The notes below the pieces were generated by a model. That model worked only from the letters and a program-made list of their open reading frames with translations, was not told where the DNA came from and ran no database searches. Made by a program: the position numbers and the translations under genes. A DNA stretch of 64,000 nucleotides, taken from assembly GCA_964016885.1 (NCBI GenBank), contig OZ024743.1:41044001-41108000 (forward strand), written 5' to 3'. Below are positions 49,192 through 64,000 of this stretch, in pieces (position 1 is the first letter of the stretch; the number at the start of each line of letters is the position of its first letter). This stretch comes from Eledone cirrhosa (lineage: Eukaryota).

Positions 49192-49972
49192 TAACTAGCT
49201 AGTTACCTCCCCTTAAGCATTAATTCCCCTTAGTCATTCAGACACTTCCGGAATCTGGACAGCATGATCTATTAATTAAGAACCGACTGGATACGGTTTA
49301 TAACTTGATTATATGCTGAACCATCGCGAATTATACGATAGACACGTGTTCTATATATTGCGTCTCATGGATTATGTGAGTGGTGGTGTGAGCGAAGACA
49401 GTGGTACGGCTTTGTCTACGATACAATAAGGTTTATAGTATCTTGAAAGTTTCTGATATTTCGGTGTTTCCCTGCATCCGAGACTGTATATCATACAGAT
49501 GTATGAGAAAAAATGACCTAATAATTCAGCCCATATAATAAGATCGATTGCCTGCTTCAACTGCCTGACCCTGCAAATATCACTCTGACGCACTCTAATC
49601 ATGTATAAATAAGACACGCGTGCATGCTACACGTGAGATTGTTTCATGCACTGACTACTCTAAGCTTTCCTCTTGCTTTATCTTCATAGACTGCCAACGC
49701 TTCATATTTATCTTTATTTTCATTCTTGCTTTTATTTTTATTTTTATTTTTATCCTGTAACCTTTACATGTAAATTGCCATGCTATATCATTTGATGAGT
49801 GTCACCCCACTGTTGATCAAAATGCGCATATGTTTTATGTGTCTCTTGGGTTGAAAAGGAGGTCATGTATGTTATAGATCAGTAAATAGTTGCTCCGAAG
49901 AATCCAAACCTCGGTTTGGAGGAAACAATTGTAAGCAAATAAATGACTTAAACTGAACTTTGATTATTGTAA

Positions 49973-50039
<67 letters not shown>

Positions 50040-50043
50040 GTAT

Positions 50044-50131
<88 letters not shown>

Positions 50132-50135
50132 GTAT

Positions 50136-50199
<64 letters not shown>

Positions 50200-50299
50200 G
50201 GAAGTAGATTTTCAGATTTTCGTCCAAATCAGTATCGATTCCTGGAATAAATCATATGACAAGCATGTATGTTATAGACATTATTGTACTACTAATATC

Positions 50300-50700
50300 G
50301 ATTTCTACAATGGGCACAAGGCCAACAATTTCGGGGGAGGAGAAAATCGATTATATCGACCACAGTAAATTATTGGTACTTTACTTTATAGTGTCCTTAA
50401 GGATGAAAAGCAAAGCTAATCTTGATGGGATTTGAATTCAGAGCGTAAAGAGTCATAACTCTATGCTGAAAAGCCTATTATCCGACGCTCTACCGACACT
50501 GACAAACCTCCACCAATAATAATAATCTTTCTACTTTTGACACAAGGCCAGCAATTACTCCAGTCCATTACTGGTACTTTATTTTATCGACCCCGAAAGG
50601 ATGAAAGGCAAAGTTAACTTCACTGGATTTGAACTCAGGAAGTGAGAGGCGATAACTCTGTTTTGCAATTCCTGGTGTTTGACGCTCTACCGATATTGCC

Positions 50701-50702
<2 letters not shown>
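50300..50702 (-). mobile_element. Two adjacent tRNA-derived SINE copies
   Basis: Two repeats of cacaaggcca..ggtacttta..gatttgaa..ctctaccga. Confidence 0.8.
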
Positions 50703-50752
<50 letters not shown>

Positions 50753-50804
50753 TATGCATGAATGCGTACGTATCACACATACACCTTTATATATATATAT
50801 ATAT

Positions 50805-50960
50805 ATATCGTTTCTGAATTTGTTTAGCAAGATTCTTTATCTGAAATCGTGTGTTGAAACCGATATTGTTATACTTTGGCAGGGTCATGTTGCCAATAAG
50901 AAACACACGCACTGGTGCGTGTGTTTCTTATTGGCAACATGACCCTCCAAAAGTATAACA

Positions 50961-50962
<2 letters not shown>
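50805..50962. mobile_element. Extreme 3' tail of family D as a short hairpin
   Basis: gggtcatgttgccaataagaaacacacgca followed by its reverse complement. Confidence 0.7.
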
Positions 50963-51008
<46 letters not shown>

Positions 51009-51023
51009 CTGTGTGCGTGTGTA

Positions 51024-51073
<50 letters not shown>

Positions 51074-51812
51074 TGTGTGAATTGAATTAGCAAAGTCGTT
51101 TGAACTTTGGATAGAATGTTTATGGTATTCGTACCGGGTTTTTGCGCTTTGAGTTCAAATCCCACCAAGACCCTTTCGAGGGCGATGAAAAACGTACCAG
51201 TCTAGTATTGGGATCGATTCATTCTCTATATCTCTTTCTCATTTCCTCTCTCTCTCTATATATTTTTCTCTGCTGTACTCATACCTGGAGAATGCTTATA
51301 ATATTTCTCCACACACAGACTATATCAATCATATAAAGAATTTGCCACCAGATCTACCAACCTAACACTCTTGTTTACCTACCTAAGTGCCTCTACCGCA
51401 CATATCTCTCTGCCACACTATATAAACAAGACGCACATGCGTGCCACACATATAACATTTGCACTATATAACCGCTTATCTTCATGTTGTATTTTAACCT
51501 GTATTTTTGATTTTTGATTGTACCTCTTAATATAAATGTAATCTCGAAGTGTGTACTGCCACTCTAAATTCTGTAATGAATGTTGACCCACAATGTTTGA
51601 ATATGTATCAATGTTTGAATATGTATCGGTTTGTCTCTCGGCTGAAGAGGAGGTCATATAACTGTCCATGGATTAATAAATTGCTCCGAAGAATCCAAAC
51701 CTCAGTTTGGAGGAAACAGCTGTAAGCACAATAATGTTTTGAACAGTTCTTTGATTCTTATATTTCATACATATATATATATATGTATATGTATGTGTGA
51801 GTGTGTGTGTGT

Positions 51813-51859
<47 letters not shown>

Positions 51860-51869
51860 TGTGTGCGCG

Positions 51870-51910
<41 letters not shown>

Positions 51911-52468
51911 TCGTGTGGTGGTGTGGTTGTTATACTGTTAGAAAACAGTATTTGATACATATCTCTTTATTCAGAATAGAATGAGGTAATTTTATTCCCA
52001 AAACAAGTTTGTCCCAGTGCCTGATCTTCCACTTGGCGAAATTAGTATTACAAAAGGCAAATCCTTCTTGATATATTCCAATAAATTATACACCCACATA
52101 AACAAGTAAATGGCAATTTGAGCTTCTATTCCAACATTGCTGCTAGATAAATTTTATTATTAAGATAATATCAGTACCCTATTACAATATATATGCATTA
52201 AAATATCAAAGATCAACCGATATATATGTGATGTTTCTATGATACAATATTTCAGCCGTAACTGGACAGGCTTGTAATCAATTCTCTTCCAGCCAATTCT
52301 TCCCCCTCGCACCTGTGTGACATTGCCAATGTAGGATTACATATCCAAATTCTCCTTTCCTTTGAAAGTAATTAGTGTGGTGTTAACCTGGAATTTCTAG
52401 CATCTCTGTTCACTAATTATATTGCATAATTCACGTTATCATTTAGAACATATCCGGTCTTCCTTATA

Positions 52469-52713
52469 CGAGGGGCTTCAAAAAGTTCGTGGACAATGTG
52501 CATTGCTAAAAGTCATATGCAGGCGTTTCAATCTCAATGCAACTGTACGTTTTCGTACACACATTTCATAACATATTCTAACATGAACTCTTAAATGCGT
52601 GTTACAACGTGGTCAGCATCCGCTCGAGCAACGTGGTATCCATCAAATCATCAAATTCATGGTGAAGCTAGGATGAAAGAGCAGCCAAATCACTGAGGTT
52701 CTGGATCAATATG
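52469..52713 (+). mobile_element. Hsmar2/irritans-like mariner 5' remnant
   Basis: TA|CGAGGGGCTTCAAAAAGTTCGTGGA TIR-like start; IKFMVKLG*KSSQITEVL resembles the Hsmar2 N-terminus. Confidence 0.7.
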
Positions 52714-52721
52714 CATTAAAA

Positions 52722-55676
52722 CAGGGGTTCTGAACCTGGTCCACCTGAACAATTTAAATTCCTCCGTACACGCACACGTCACACAAACGAAACATGCCTC
52801 ATCACACCTCGCACCTGTGAGTGCACTTGAGAGCACGCCTTTCCTATTGGATGCCATTCATACACGGACGCGTACCAGACAAGTACAGACAAGTACAGAC
52901 ATAAGCGCGCATAAAAAAACACAACAAATAGCGCGTTCTCGGCCGGTCGACACGATCGTGTTTTCTACGTGACTTTTGAATTGAGGATTACTAACGAAAC
53001 AGCAGTTCTTACGGCTTACCCAACATAACATATTATCTCTCCAGGTACGTACATTTTTACGCAAGTGTTAGTCTAATTGTAGTCTGTAGAAATGTTGTTG
53101 TCAGTGATATGGAAAAACATTCTCTAAATTCTTCGTTCACCGAATCGGAAAAACGATTTTGTAGACGATATAACTCAGATTATATCAGATATGGTTTTTT
53201 ATCCAGCGCAGAAGATCCTTTATTACCACAGTGTATCATCTGATCAAAAATATTAACTAACGACTCAATGAAACCATCGAAATTATTGTATCATCACAAA
53301 CTAGTCCATTCCGATTTATATGGCAAGCCTATGAAGTACTTCGAAGAATATCTTCGCCAAAAAAAGCGTCGTCTGCATCACTGAACATTTTCCTATCCCC
53401 TGCTAACAACAGTTCTGGTCTGCAAGCGTCATACAACATTTCGCTCATGATAGTAAAACAAGGTCGCCCACATACCATTGGCGAAGACCTGATTAGGCCC
53501 TCAATACTTGAAGGATATAAAGTTGCTAATGTGTCGAACGCTGCCTCAGTTTTAGCAACTATACCACTTTCCTACAACACGGTATCTTCCAGTATTTCTG
53601 AAATGGCTGAAGATGTCAAATCTACAGTTGTAGAAGAATTGCGACACAGCAGACTTTCGTTGACGGTGGATGGCAGCACTTTTGCCAACCAATGTTTTGT
53701 GCTTGCTTTTGCTCGTTATGTAAAAGGGACCACGGTTTGTGAAAACCTTCTTTTTATGACAACCGTACTGAAAAACACTGAAGAGATGATCTACAATGCA
53801 GTCAAGGATTTTCTCACTAAAAATGACATTGATTCCCACAACATCATATCAATATGCACTGATGGAGCAGCCTCTATGGTTGGAAAATCCCAGGGTTTTG
53901 TTGCAAGATGGAGAGAAATTAATCACATCTTCACAACTCATTGCGTACTCCATCGAGAAAATTTAATAGCAAAAAAAATCGGAAGTTATACCTTTTCTGA
54001 AATCCTTAACACAATTGTTTCCACAGTCAACAAGATCAAAAGATCTGGTCTTCGGGACAGTCTTTTCCAAGAAGCTTGTAAAGATGAAACGTTCAACCAT
54101 CTGTTGTATTCGACAGATATACGCTGGCTATCAATGGGAAGCTACCTTGGACGTTTTGTTGCACTCTTCGATAAAGTCATAGAATTTCTTCAACAGACTG
54201 ATCCAATTATGACAGCATCACTTTCTGAGAAAAAAACCGCTATTTTGTACTTACATGAGATCTTTCAAAAACTAAATGATCTCAACCTTTCTTTTCAAAA
54301 GCAGAACAACAACGTTGTACGTTCCAAACACTTGATAAGGGCTTTCATGAATAAGCTTGTTCTATGGAAAATTCAAATTGAAAATCATAACTTTTCACAG
54401 TTCAAGAGCTTAACAACTGTTGTGGTAGATAATGACTTGTACAAATCTATAATCGAGCATCTATCTTTCCTTCACGAAAACTTCAATAATCGTTTTGAAG
54501 ATCTTTTAGCTTTAAATATCCCATTTTGGGGGTATTCTCTTCACACAATGCCTATGAACGACATATTTGTTCATCTAGAATGTCTTCAGATAGAGCTCTG
54601 TGAGGCGACGGTTGATGATAATCTTCGTAAATTTTCTGAAACTAACTGGGTCGATGCTTGGTTTTAATCATTGTCAAGAATATCCAAAGCTGTTTGAACA
54701 AGTCGAGCCTTTCATAATAAATCTCCCTACATCTTACTTGGCTGAAAAGGGATATTCCATTGTCCTCCACACATACACAAAGCAGCGGAGGCGTTTGATC
54801 CTCGACAACAACACCGATTTGAGACTTCGCTTGAGCCACATAGAGCTGAGGATTTCTAAACTTGTGGATCAAAAACAAGCACAAGGGTCTCATTGACAGT
54901 TTTTGGACGTGTTGTCTGATGACTTGGCGTAATTGTGTTGTCGTTGACATTTTTAATTCAATTCAATTTGCTGTATTCCCTCAAATGTTTACACGAACTT
55001 TTGTACTGATCCCAACTTAAATTTTCAATTTTTTTTAACTTACCCTACACATTATCATATTTAAACTGTACAGCTTTCCATTTCATCTGAATGTTTTCCA
55101 GGACTCAAAACTTTTTTCTATTCGATTCTATCAAATAAAGCTTTATTGAAAAAATAGACATTTTCAAATTGGTTTTCTTATTTGTGTTCTCATTTGTTTG
55201 TTCTCTGTCGTCTTGGTGCTTAAAATATGTCCATTAGGGGAACAAAAAAAGGAACTTTCATTGCAAAGTGAAAATGGTATTGACCAATCAAATCGATCTT
55301 ACCAATTAGAAGTAGAAACTTATTCTCAACATCAATGCTTCATATTTGTCGCTGAGATATGAAATCTAAAAAATTCAAATTAATAACGAATAAGTTATGC
55401 GTTGCTTGGTGCAATAGCAAATTCTCTTTCGATCCCTGCATTTGACTTAAAACGCTGTTCTTATTCTTCGCATAAGTACGACTTCAGCTGTTTATTTGCG
55501 TAGATTTTTAGGCACTGCCACATGATAATAGCATTTTCTAATTCATTGAAAAAAACCCATCTACTTGTGCTTATAAGTAGCAGTTCTATTACAAAAGATT
55601 TAAAAGTTTAGGTGGTCCACAGGAAAAAATTACTTATTTTGGTGGTCCACAACGAAAAAAAGGTTGGGAACCCCTG
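52722..55676 (+). mobile_element. Full-length Buster/Charlie-type hAT transposon
   Basis: TIRs caggggttctgaacct / aggttgggaacccctg; 8-bp TSD cattaaaa/cattaaag with central TA. Confidence 0.92.
53109..54896 (+). pseudogene. hAT (Buster) transposase with a stop codon and frameshifts
   Basis: BED finger RRYNSDYIRYGF..PQCII*..NDSMKPSKL..H; PHTIGE.LI.P; PLS..TV; CTDGAASM.G; HCVLHRE.L; IRWLS.G; PTSYL.EKG.S; DLRLRLS; QAQGSH. Confidence 0.9.
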
Positions 55677-55894
55677 CATTAAAGTAATTATTATATAGGT
55701 ACACTTCGTTCATTACTGAAAATAGGATTACACATGGAATGTTTTCCTTCACCATGCAGGACTCGATAATCTGTTTTGTGGGTCCATTGCTGACACTTGT
55801 GTATATCACCGATATATTTCATTTGTCGATGCAGTTTTAATTATCATCTAATTTTCTTTTTTTCTCTGTTGAGTAAAATAGAGTAACTTTAAAT

Positions 55895-55998
55895 AAATTG
55901 TCTTTTACAAGGACATAATGTGTCACCTGCTACAGGAATCGAACTTATGAACTTACCGTCATGAGCCAAATTCTCTAACTCGTAGGCCGAGTGCCAAC
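55895..55998 (-). mobile_element. Old tRNA-derived SINE of a second family
   Basis: caaggac..ggaatcgaac..taactcgtaggcc is the reverse complement of an A-box/B-box head. Confidence 0.45.
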
Positions 55999-57424
55999 TA
56001 CCTGTCTATGTTTCATACTCTGCTACAATTGTCATTTGACTGGAATCTTCTAAATATTCATGGCGTGTCTTTTCAAAATCACCTTATTTATTAATTTACC
56101 ATCTTTTCTAATGTAGATTTTAATAGTATTATTATTCTTATTATTTAGAGGTAGCTAGTTGAAGCATTTTAATTGAAGGTGTTTAATCAATAAACTGCGG
56201 TGATGGTGATGGTGCGTCTTATCTGTTTAATTATAGCTTGTTTAAGTTGGCTGTTAGGTGACACAACAGTAAAATGAGGTGAGAGCGAGAGAGTCAGCAA
56301 AACTAAAGTAATAAAGAGGGAGTAAAATACAAAATGAGAGAGAATAAGTGATTGAGAAAGTGTGAGAAAAATGTAGGGGAAGCTTTTAAGATAGATGATA
56401 GATAGAAGTATAGCAAAGCTAAAGGTATAGAGAGAGGCAGAGAAAGAGAAAAGTTAAAGAGAGCTGTGGTAAAATAGAGAAATAATGCAATGCTAGGAAG
56501 AAAGCAAGAAAGGAAAAGGTATGGGTATCTAGAGAAAAAAGAGTAAGGTTAAGAAGAAAGATAGAATGTGAGGAAATCTAAGGAGAGTGGGTGGGTAAAG
56601 TAGAGAAGGAAAGAAGGATTAAAGAAATAGAGAGAGAAAGGAAAGAAAGGAAAACTAACGAAATGGTGTTAGTGAGACAAAAGGCCAGACACACAGACAG
56701 CAGACAGACAGATAGATGGAGTGAGAGAGAGAGAGAGGGAAGCGAGTGAGAGAGAGAGCGAGAGAGAGAGCGAGAGAGAGAGAGCGAGGGAGAGAGAGAG
56801 AAGACGTTGGCAAGATACACATCCAATGAGCCAACATATATACATATATAATCAAATCGTTAAGTTTCTCGATGAAAATAAGCAGATAATTAAACAAGTT
56901 AGAAGCAACTAAAACTGCATTCATAGCAAATAGAAATCCGATTGCTAAAATTTCCGTTTACCTACCGACCTAACAATCATTAATGGGAAACAGAGATAAC
57001 GACACTCATTGTCACATGTGTCATTTCCTCTCTGAGCAGAAATCAATATTTGCTTCTGTTTGTCTAATAACAACCAATCTATTATCGAGGTTACTATAGA
57101 TACCTCAACACCATTTCAGCATGTGACGTCATGTGATTCCATGTGCCATCATGTGTCATCTGTACGACATTTCACAAATTCCCTCTCGACTAATTACATT
57201 TTTTTTTATAAACCTCTAAAAATATTGTAAAAAGCAATATGAAGTACAAATATATACATCAATGACATAGTAACTGCCTACATACGGAAATACACCAAAA
57301 ACACAAGCACATATGATATGACTGAGTCCCTTAACAATAACAGATTCGAAAGACCAATGAGATGCTACCTCATAGTGTACTGACTCAACATTGATAAATG
57401 TGAATTCTGACAGCAAGCACACAC

Positions 57425-57465
<41 letters not shown>

Positions 57466-57524
57466 GGAACTATCTCTCTACCTGCACCTAACTTCTGTCT
57501 TTATTGTTCAAACTCATATATATA

Positions 57525-57891
57525 TATATCACATGAAAAATGTAGAATCAGTGTTCCGACGAATAAAATGTATTAGACATATTACGATCGTTTTTCTGGC
57601 GATCAGCTCGAGGAACGATCGATGTAATAATCGAAACTGACTCTGAAATCGCAAGATCTTCAGATACGTCTCGAGACGATCTGAAGACCTTGCGATTTCA
57701 AAGTCATTTTCGATTATTACATCGATCGTTCCTCGAGCTGATCGCCAGAAAAACGATCGTAATATGTCTAATACATTTTATTCGTCGGAACACTGATTCT
57801 CCGTTTCTTATGTGATATCATACTCTGCTCTGTAAGGGCATCGAGTGCTCAAACGCCCTACCGCTTACGGACACTTTAAGCAACCCACACC

Positions 57892-57895
<4 letters not shown>
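57525..57895 (+). mobile_element. Family I HHR-like fold-back module (~145-bp arms)
   Basis: Palindrome centred at gtctcgagac (about 57672); agacg(t)at-CTGAAGA...GAAAAA-cgatcg-TA|atatgtct. Confidence 0.7.
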
Positions 57896-57975
<80 letters not shown>

Positions 57976-58248
57976 ATATATACGTGCATGTGTATGTCTT
58001 TATGCGCGGGTTATTTGTGTACATTTTAATGTATCCATCTTGCTCCCTTTAATCTCATTTACATACTCCTCTTTTTTTCAGATATCCAATGACAGATTAT
58101 AATCTGATCCAAGAAGTAAAATTGCATGGTTTTATTGTTGTTTTATGTTCAATACACCGATTTGGAGATAGCAAAGTTTTAAAATGTTGCTACATGTTTT
58201 GTTTATGAAGTTCGGAATTAAATGTAAGCATTTGACCATTATGTTTCT

Positions 58249-58436
58249 GGTGGATTGGCAGTATCGGTAGAGGGCAGGACGCCATGCTTTCCAGCATAGT
58301 TACGTCGTCCCTTTACGATCTGAGTTCAAATCCCGCCGATGTTGACTTTGCTTTTCATCCTTACGGGGTCGATAAAATAAAGTACCAGTAATGCACTGGT
58401 TAATTGCTGGCCTTGTGCCTAAAGTAGAAACAATTA
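58249..58436 (+). mobile_element. tRNA-derived SINE
   Basis: A box tggcagtatcgg, B box gagttcaaatcc, central catccttacggggtcgataaaataaagtaccagt, tail gccttgtgcctaaagtagaaac. Confidence 0.88.
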
Positions 58437-58479
58437 TGTTTCACCTGTATTTAAATGGAAAAGAAATATTCCACACAAT

Positions 58480-59165
58480 TCTGACATTATTAAAACACCA
58501 AACTTTGTAATGTTATTTCAGAACATTAGTGGTGATAAACCCGGAAAGTCAATGAGTGGGATTACTAAAAGTCTTCCAGTGCCGGAGGGTAGTATCAGAT
58601 ATGTAATGCAACAGTATATTCCAAATAAACCGTACATGATAAGAAGTTATTTCTTGAATACCGAAACACAACAAAATCGGTTGATCCGTGCAAAATGGTT
58701 AACCATCAAGTTTACGAAACCTAAAGCCCATTTTATACTCTGTTTTTCTTGTTTTTCTTCGAAAAGGATCAACGGTTTAACAAGAGAGATTACTGATGGT
58801 TAGGTGTAGAATATTTTCATGTCCCCGAGATAATCGACACCAAGTTTCCAACATCTGCAATGGTTTTAATGGTTTATGTGTAGTGAATAGAAAACGTCAT
58901 GTTATGCTAACCCATATCTTTCTATAGGGAATAGAAGTTAATGTTGTTGGCTACAATCATACCTTGGATAGAAAGAATAAGCAATGGTAGGCCTTAAGTG
59001 TTTCGGAAATTAAACGCTGTTGTCACAAAGGTCAGGTGACACACGAATGGAAAAGCAGAAAATCTTGACGACCACGACACCCAGCATATGCCATCTTAGC
59101 TCGCCAGACTTGAAACCCCTGGACTACCAAGTGTGGAATGTCGATGAAAGGATAACGCCGAATCC
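58480..59165 (+). pseudogene. Highly decayed Tc1/mariner-superfamily transposase
   Basis: TKFPTSAMVL (about 58840) and SSPDLKPLDYQVW (about 59098; consensus SPDLNPLDY.VW). Confidence 0.6.
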
Positions 59166-59424
59166 CCACTCTTACTGGGGTTCTAGAGTCTGTCTCTACC
59201 TTCCCTTCGATGATTCATTCTCCTTTTTCTCTTTCTTCTATCGCTTTCATTTTTTTGGCCGCATTTACATATTGTATAGTGTAAATACACAATTGTATGT
59301 TATAATAATTACTTTAATGCGCAAGAAACAATGATTGCCGCCATTATCACGCATGCGTGTGAATTTGCAAATCTCTCATCTCCTTCTCTATCACTCTGTC
59401 AGCATATATATATATATATATATA

Positions 59425-59587
59425 TGTTTTCAGAGTGATAGCGAAGGAGATGAGAGGGCTTCCTGAAGATGTCTCCCGAATGAAACAGGTCTAGTCCTGT
59501 AGAAGCCATTTTTATATTAAATATTTATACTCTGCTATGTATTGACTACCTTACTTACTGTGGTTACCCACGATTGATCCCGGAATA

Positions 59588-59590
<3 letters not shown>
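59425..59590 (+). mobile_element. Family B HHR module
   Basis: ggcttc-CTGAAGA(59463)..GAAA(59482)-cagg tctagt cctg-TA|gaagcc; tail matches 7450-7527 and 43058-43125. Confidence 0.75.
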
Positions 59591-59673
<83 letters not shown>

Positions 59674-60674
59674 AACGCTTCTATTACTGTTAATACGCTT
59701 CTATTACTGTTAAACGCTTCCATTACTTTTAGATTGTAAGGAATCTACATAAACAAATATACAAATGAATACATAGACATATATCAAACGTGTCCGAAAT
59801 ATCTGGCAGTTTATCGAATATTATATATACAATACATATATATATATGTGTGTGTATGTCTGTGTGTGTGTATATGTGTGTGTGTGCGTGTGTGTGTGTA
59901 TGTGTGTGTGTGTGTACCAATTATTTATGAATTTCTGATCGGAGCCGTAGATCATTGATGGAAACAAGCATCAGGAGAAAGAGGTGTGTTTGTGGTGTCT
60001 GTGAGAGCCTGGTAAGCACACCACGAAAGGTTCCAAACCAATTATGTGTTAAGTCATTCATACTTTATAAACATTGACACGGTTGGTATTTTTAATGTTA
60101 TAGAAGTAATTGTTAAAATACAATTGGCTTTCGTCTCTATCAGACGACACCATCAGTGCAACAGGTTTCTATGTTGTTTTATTAAAATTTGAGATGCCAT
60201 CCAATAAACAATAGTGTACAACATTTAATTTACTCCCAGGGTCATTGAGTAGTGAGAAGGTATAATATTGGTTAGATGAAATGTGTTGATGCTAGTTAAG
60301 TTATAGCAGGAACTCATCCCAGTACAATTGAAACCAAGATAGATGAGGCTTCGAGCATCTTTATAAGAGTCGTCGGTAAGGGAAGAAATTAAAATATATT
60401 TCGCTGTTTTCGAGGAATCTTCAGTTAGCTGTAAGTGTCCATACAGGTTGTGAGATACTAACAGTTTCATAATGTCATGCAGAAATTAGTGTATTATTAT
60501 GACGGCTCTCTTTTTTATGTTTTTTAATGTTTTCTAAGTTTCACCCTTGACCCATATACATTGTATGAAAGAGAGCTAATTATTTGTTCCACTAAAACAC
60601 AAGGGTTTCTGTTTAGAACAAATTGATACAACAATAATGTAAATGTTTATAATAACACACACACACATACACAG

Positions 60675-60806
<132 letters not shown>

Positions 60807-60848
60807 CGTGTGTTGCTTGATCGGAAGAAAGGTTAAGATGCTATATAT

Positions 60849-61033
60849 AATTGTTTCTACTTTTGGCACAATGCCAGCAATCACCCCAGTACATTACTGG
60901 TACTTTATTTTATCGACCCCGTAAGGATGAAAGGCACAGTTAACCTAGGCGGGACTTGAACTCATATCGTAAAGGGACGTAACTCTACGCTATAAAGCAT
61001 GGCGTCCGGCCCTCTACCGATAATGCCAATCCG
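60849..61033 (-). mobile_element. tRNA-derived SINE
   Basis: Same family as 58249-58436. Confidence 0.85.
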
Positions 61034-62098
61034 AGATTTCGACCCTAAGAGGATATATGTAATACCATATACATACAAACATATGTGTGTTTTACATCAT
61101 ATTAAATATACATCTGTATTGAATATATGAAGATGTACCCTGAGAAGATTGCATAACTATTATTGAAAACAATTTATTATCTACAGAGGTGACAGGTATT
61201 AATTATGGTTTATGTTCCCCGTCACAGAATATTTGTTGACGTAATTAGAGAAGGAACAAAGTAAATTTAAAAGAAAACTACTGAATAAATACCACTTCAG
61301 ATGAATTTCTACATCGCCTTGCATTGGTAAATATAACTTGCCGCTAATGTTGTCTTAAACACTTTTACAAGAGTTAACTCTTTGGAAATTATCCAGCGCG
61401 CAAAGATTTTTCCTTAAAGTGCCAAATATTGCAAAGCGGCTATTGCACAGAAAAGAAGTTTTGTCGAATGGTAGTTTCCTGCTTTTTTGTGAACATGGAA
61501 TATTGTTTTGTTCTTTAGTTTGATTTTGTTTTGCTTTTAGATGAGAGAAAGATAAATGTTAGTTTGAATGTTGACGGAAGGAGGGGATACAATAAAGGAA
61601 AAACAAAGAGTCAAACATACCAACACAAAGAGCCAGTACTTCGTGGTGGTGGTGGGATTGGGGTAAAAAAATAAAAATAAATAAAGAATACAATACAATA
61701 AAGAAATAATTTCAAATATAGAAAAACGAGTTGAAAGGAAGAAAAGTGTAAATATATATATTTTGGGAGAAAAAAGAAAGAGGAAAACATATTAAATCTA
61801 GAGGGTTATAGAAGAAGAAATTCTACAAGGAAAAGATATAGCGGAAATAATAATTGGTTTCGATGTAAATATAAATTATTGATAAAATATATACAGAAGA
61901 TAATACAATGTCATGTAATAAGAATATGTATGTTAGCGCTTTAGGTCTATTTTTTATTGTTTCCACGGATCGGACAAATATAAGATCTTACCCTAGTTTG
62001 ATGGGGTGTATGGAATGGAGCAACGTGAAATAAAGTTCCTTGAATATGGACATCATACGTTACCAGGTGAGAGTAACAGCCACGAATTAATGACACGC

Positions 62099-62163
<65 letters not shown>

Positions 62164-62286
62164 TATATATACATATATATATACATATATATATGCATAT
62201 ACATTTATATATATACATATATATATATATACATATATATATATACATATATATACATAAACATATATATATATACATATATATAC

Positions 62287-62337
<51 letters not shown>

Positions 62338-62434
62338 CATATATACATATATATATATACATATATATATATACATATATATATATACATATATATATAT
62401 ATACATATATATATATACATATATATATATATAC

Positions 62435-62499
<65 letters not shown>

Positions 62500-62553
62500 G
62501 ATATATACACATATATATATATACATATATATATATACACATATATATTATAC

Positions 62554-62584
<31 letters not shown>

Positions 62585-62671
62585 CATATATATATATATA
62601 CATATATATATATACATATATATATACATATATATATATATATACACATATATATATACATATATATATAC

Positions 62672-62726
<55 letters not shown>

Positions 62727-62731
62727 TATAC

Positions 62732-62860
<129 letters not shown>

Positions 62861-62863
62861 TGC

Positions 62864-62930
<67 letters not shown>

Positions 62931-62953
62931 CATACATATATATATATATATAT

Positions 62954-63000
<47 letters not shown>

Positions 63001-63034
63001 CATACATATATATATATACACATATATATTATAC

Positions 63035-63097
<63 letters not shown>

Positions 63098-63110
63098 CAT
63101 ATATATATAC

Positions 63111-63141
<31 letters not shown>

Positions 63142-63154
63142 CATATATATATAC

Positions 63155-63355
<201 letters not shown>

Positions 63356-63358
63356 TGC

Positions 63359-63495
<137 letters not shown>

Positions 63496-63584
63496 CATAC
63501 ATATATATATATACATATATATACATATATTTATATATATATATACATATATATATATACATACATATATATATATATACATAC

Positions 63585-63641
<57 letters not shown>

Positions 63642-63650
63642 CATATATAC

Positions 63651-63681
<31 letters not shown>

Positions 63682-63682
63682 C

Positions 63683-63713
<31 letters not shown>

Positions 63714-63756
63714 CATATATATATATACATATATATATATACATATATATATATAC

Positions 63757-63860
<104 letters not shown>

Positions 63861-64000
63861 CTACATATATATACATATATATATATATACATATATATAT
63901 ACATATATTGTTATACTTGGGGAGGGTCATATTTGTGTACTATTGCCAGAATTAATAACAGAACACACTCACTGTTTGGTTGGTTTTCGCTTCTCGCTGT

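Noticed and set aside
58249-58340. tRNA gene
   Set aside because: The A and B boxes belong to a multi-copy SINE head with no cloverleaf

Overview
AT-rich animal genomic DNA, dominated by (TA)n microsatellites. It is probably intergenic or intronic, and the SINE and RTE repertoire suggests a cephalopod such as octopus (inference). No host gene is recognisable, and nearly all listed ORFs are microsatellite artefacts. Identifiable elements: a near-intact Penelope-like retroelement (PLE; RT plus C-terminal GIY-YIG, 21799-24496) with ~1.6 kb inverted arms, each carrying a minimal type I hammerhead ribozyme (HHR); a second PLE GIY-YIG fragment; a decayed CR1-clade LINE; a full-length decayed Buster/Charlie hAT inside an Hsmar2-like mariner remnant; a non-autonomous Helitron; tRNA-derived SINEs; RTE fragments; and a ~3.2 kb tandem duplication. 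The main signal is that many of the non-microsatellite islands between TA tracts are HHR-bearing modules of about nine unrelated families. They are usually arranged as fold-back hairpins, show covarying stems and palindromic stem III, and share a downstream ACTC...GAGTRCT hairpin. They include a ~475-bp tandem HHR array (retrozyme-like) and a family with a fixed non-canonical CCGAAGA core. All ribozyme calls come from reading the sequence by eye; activity is untested.
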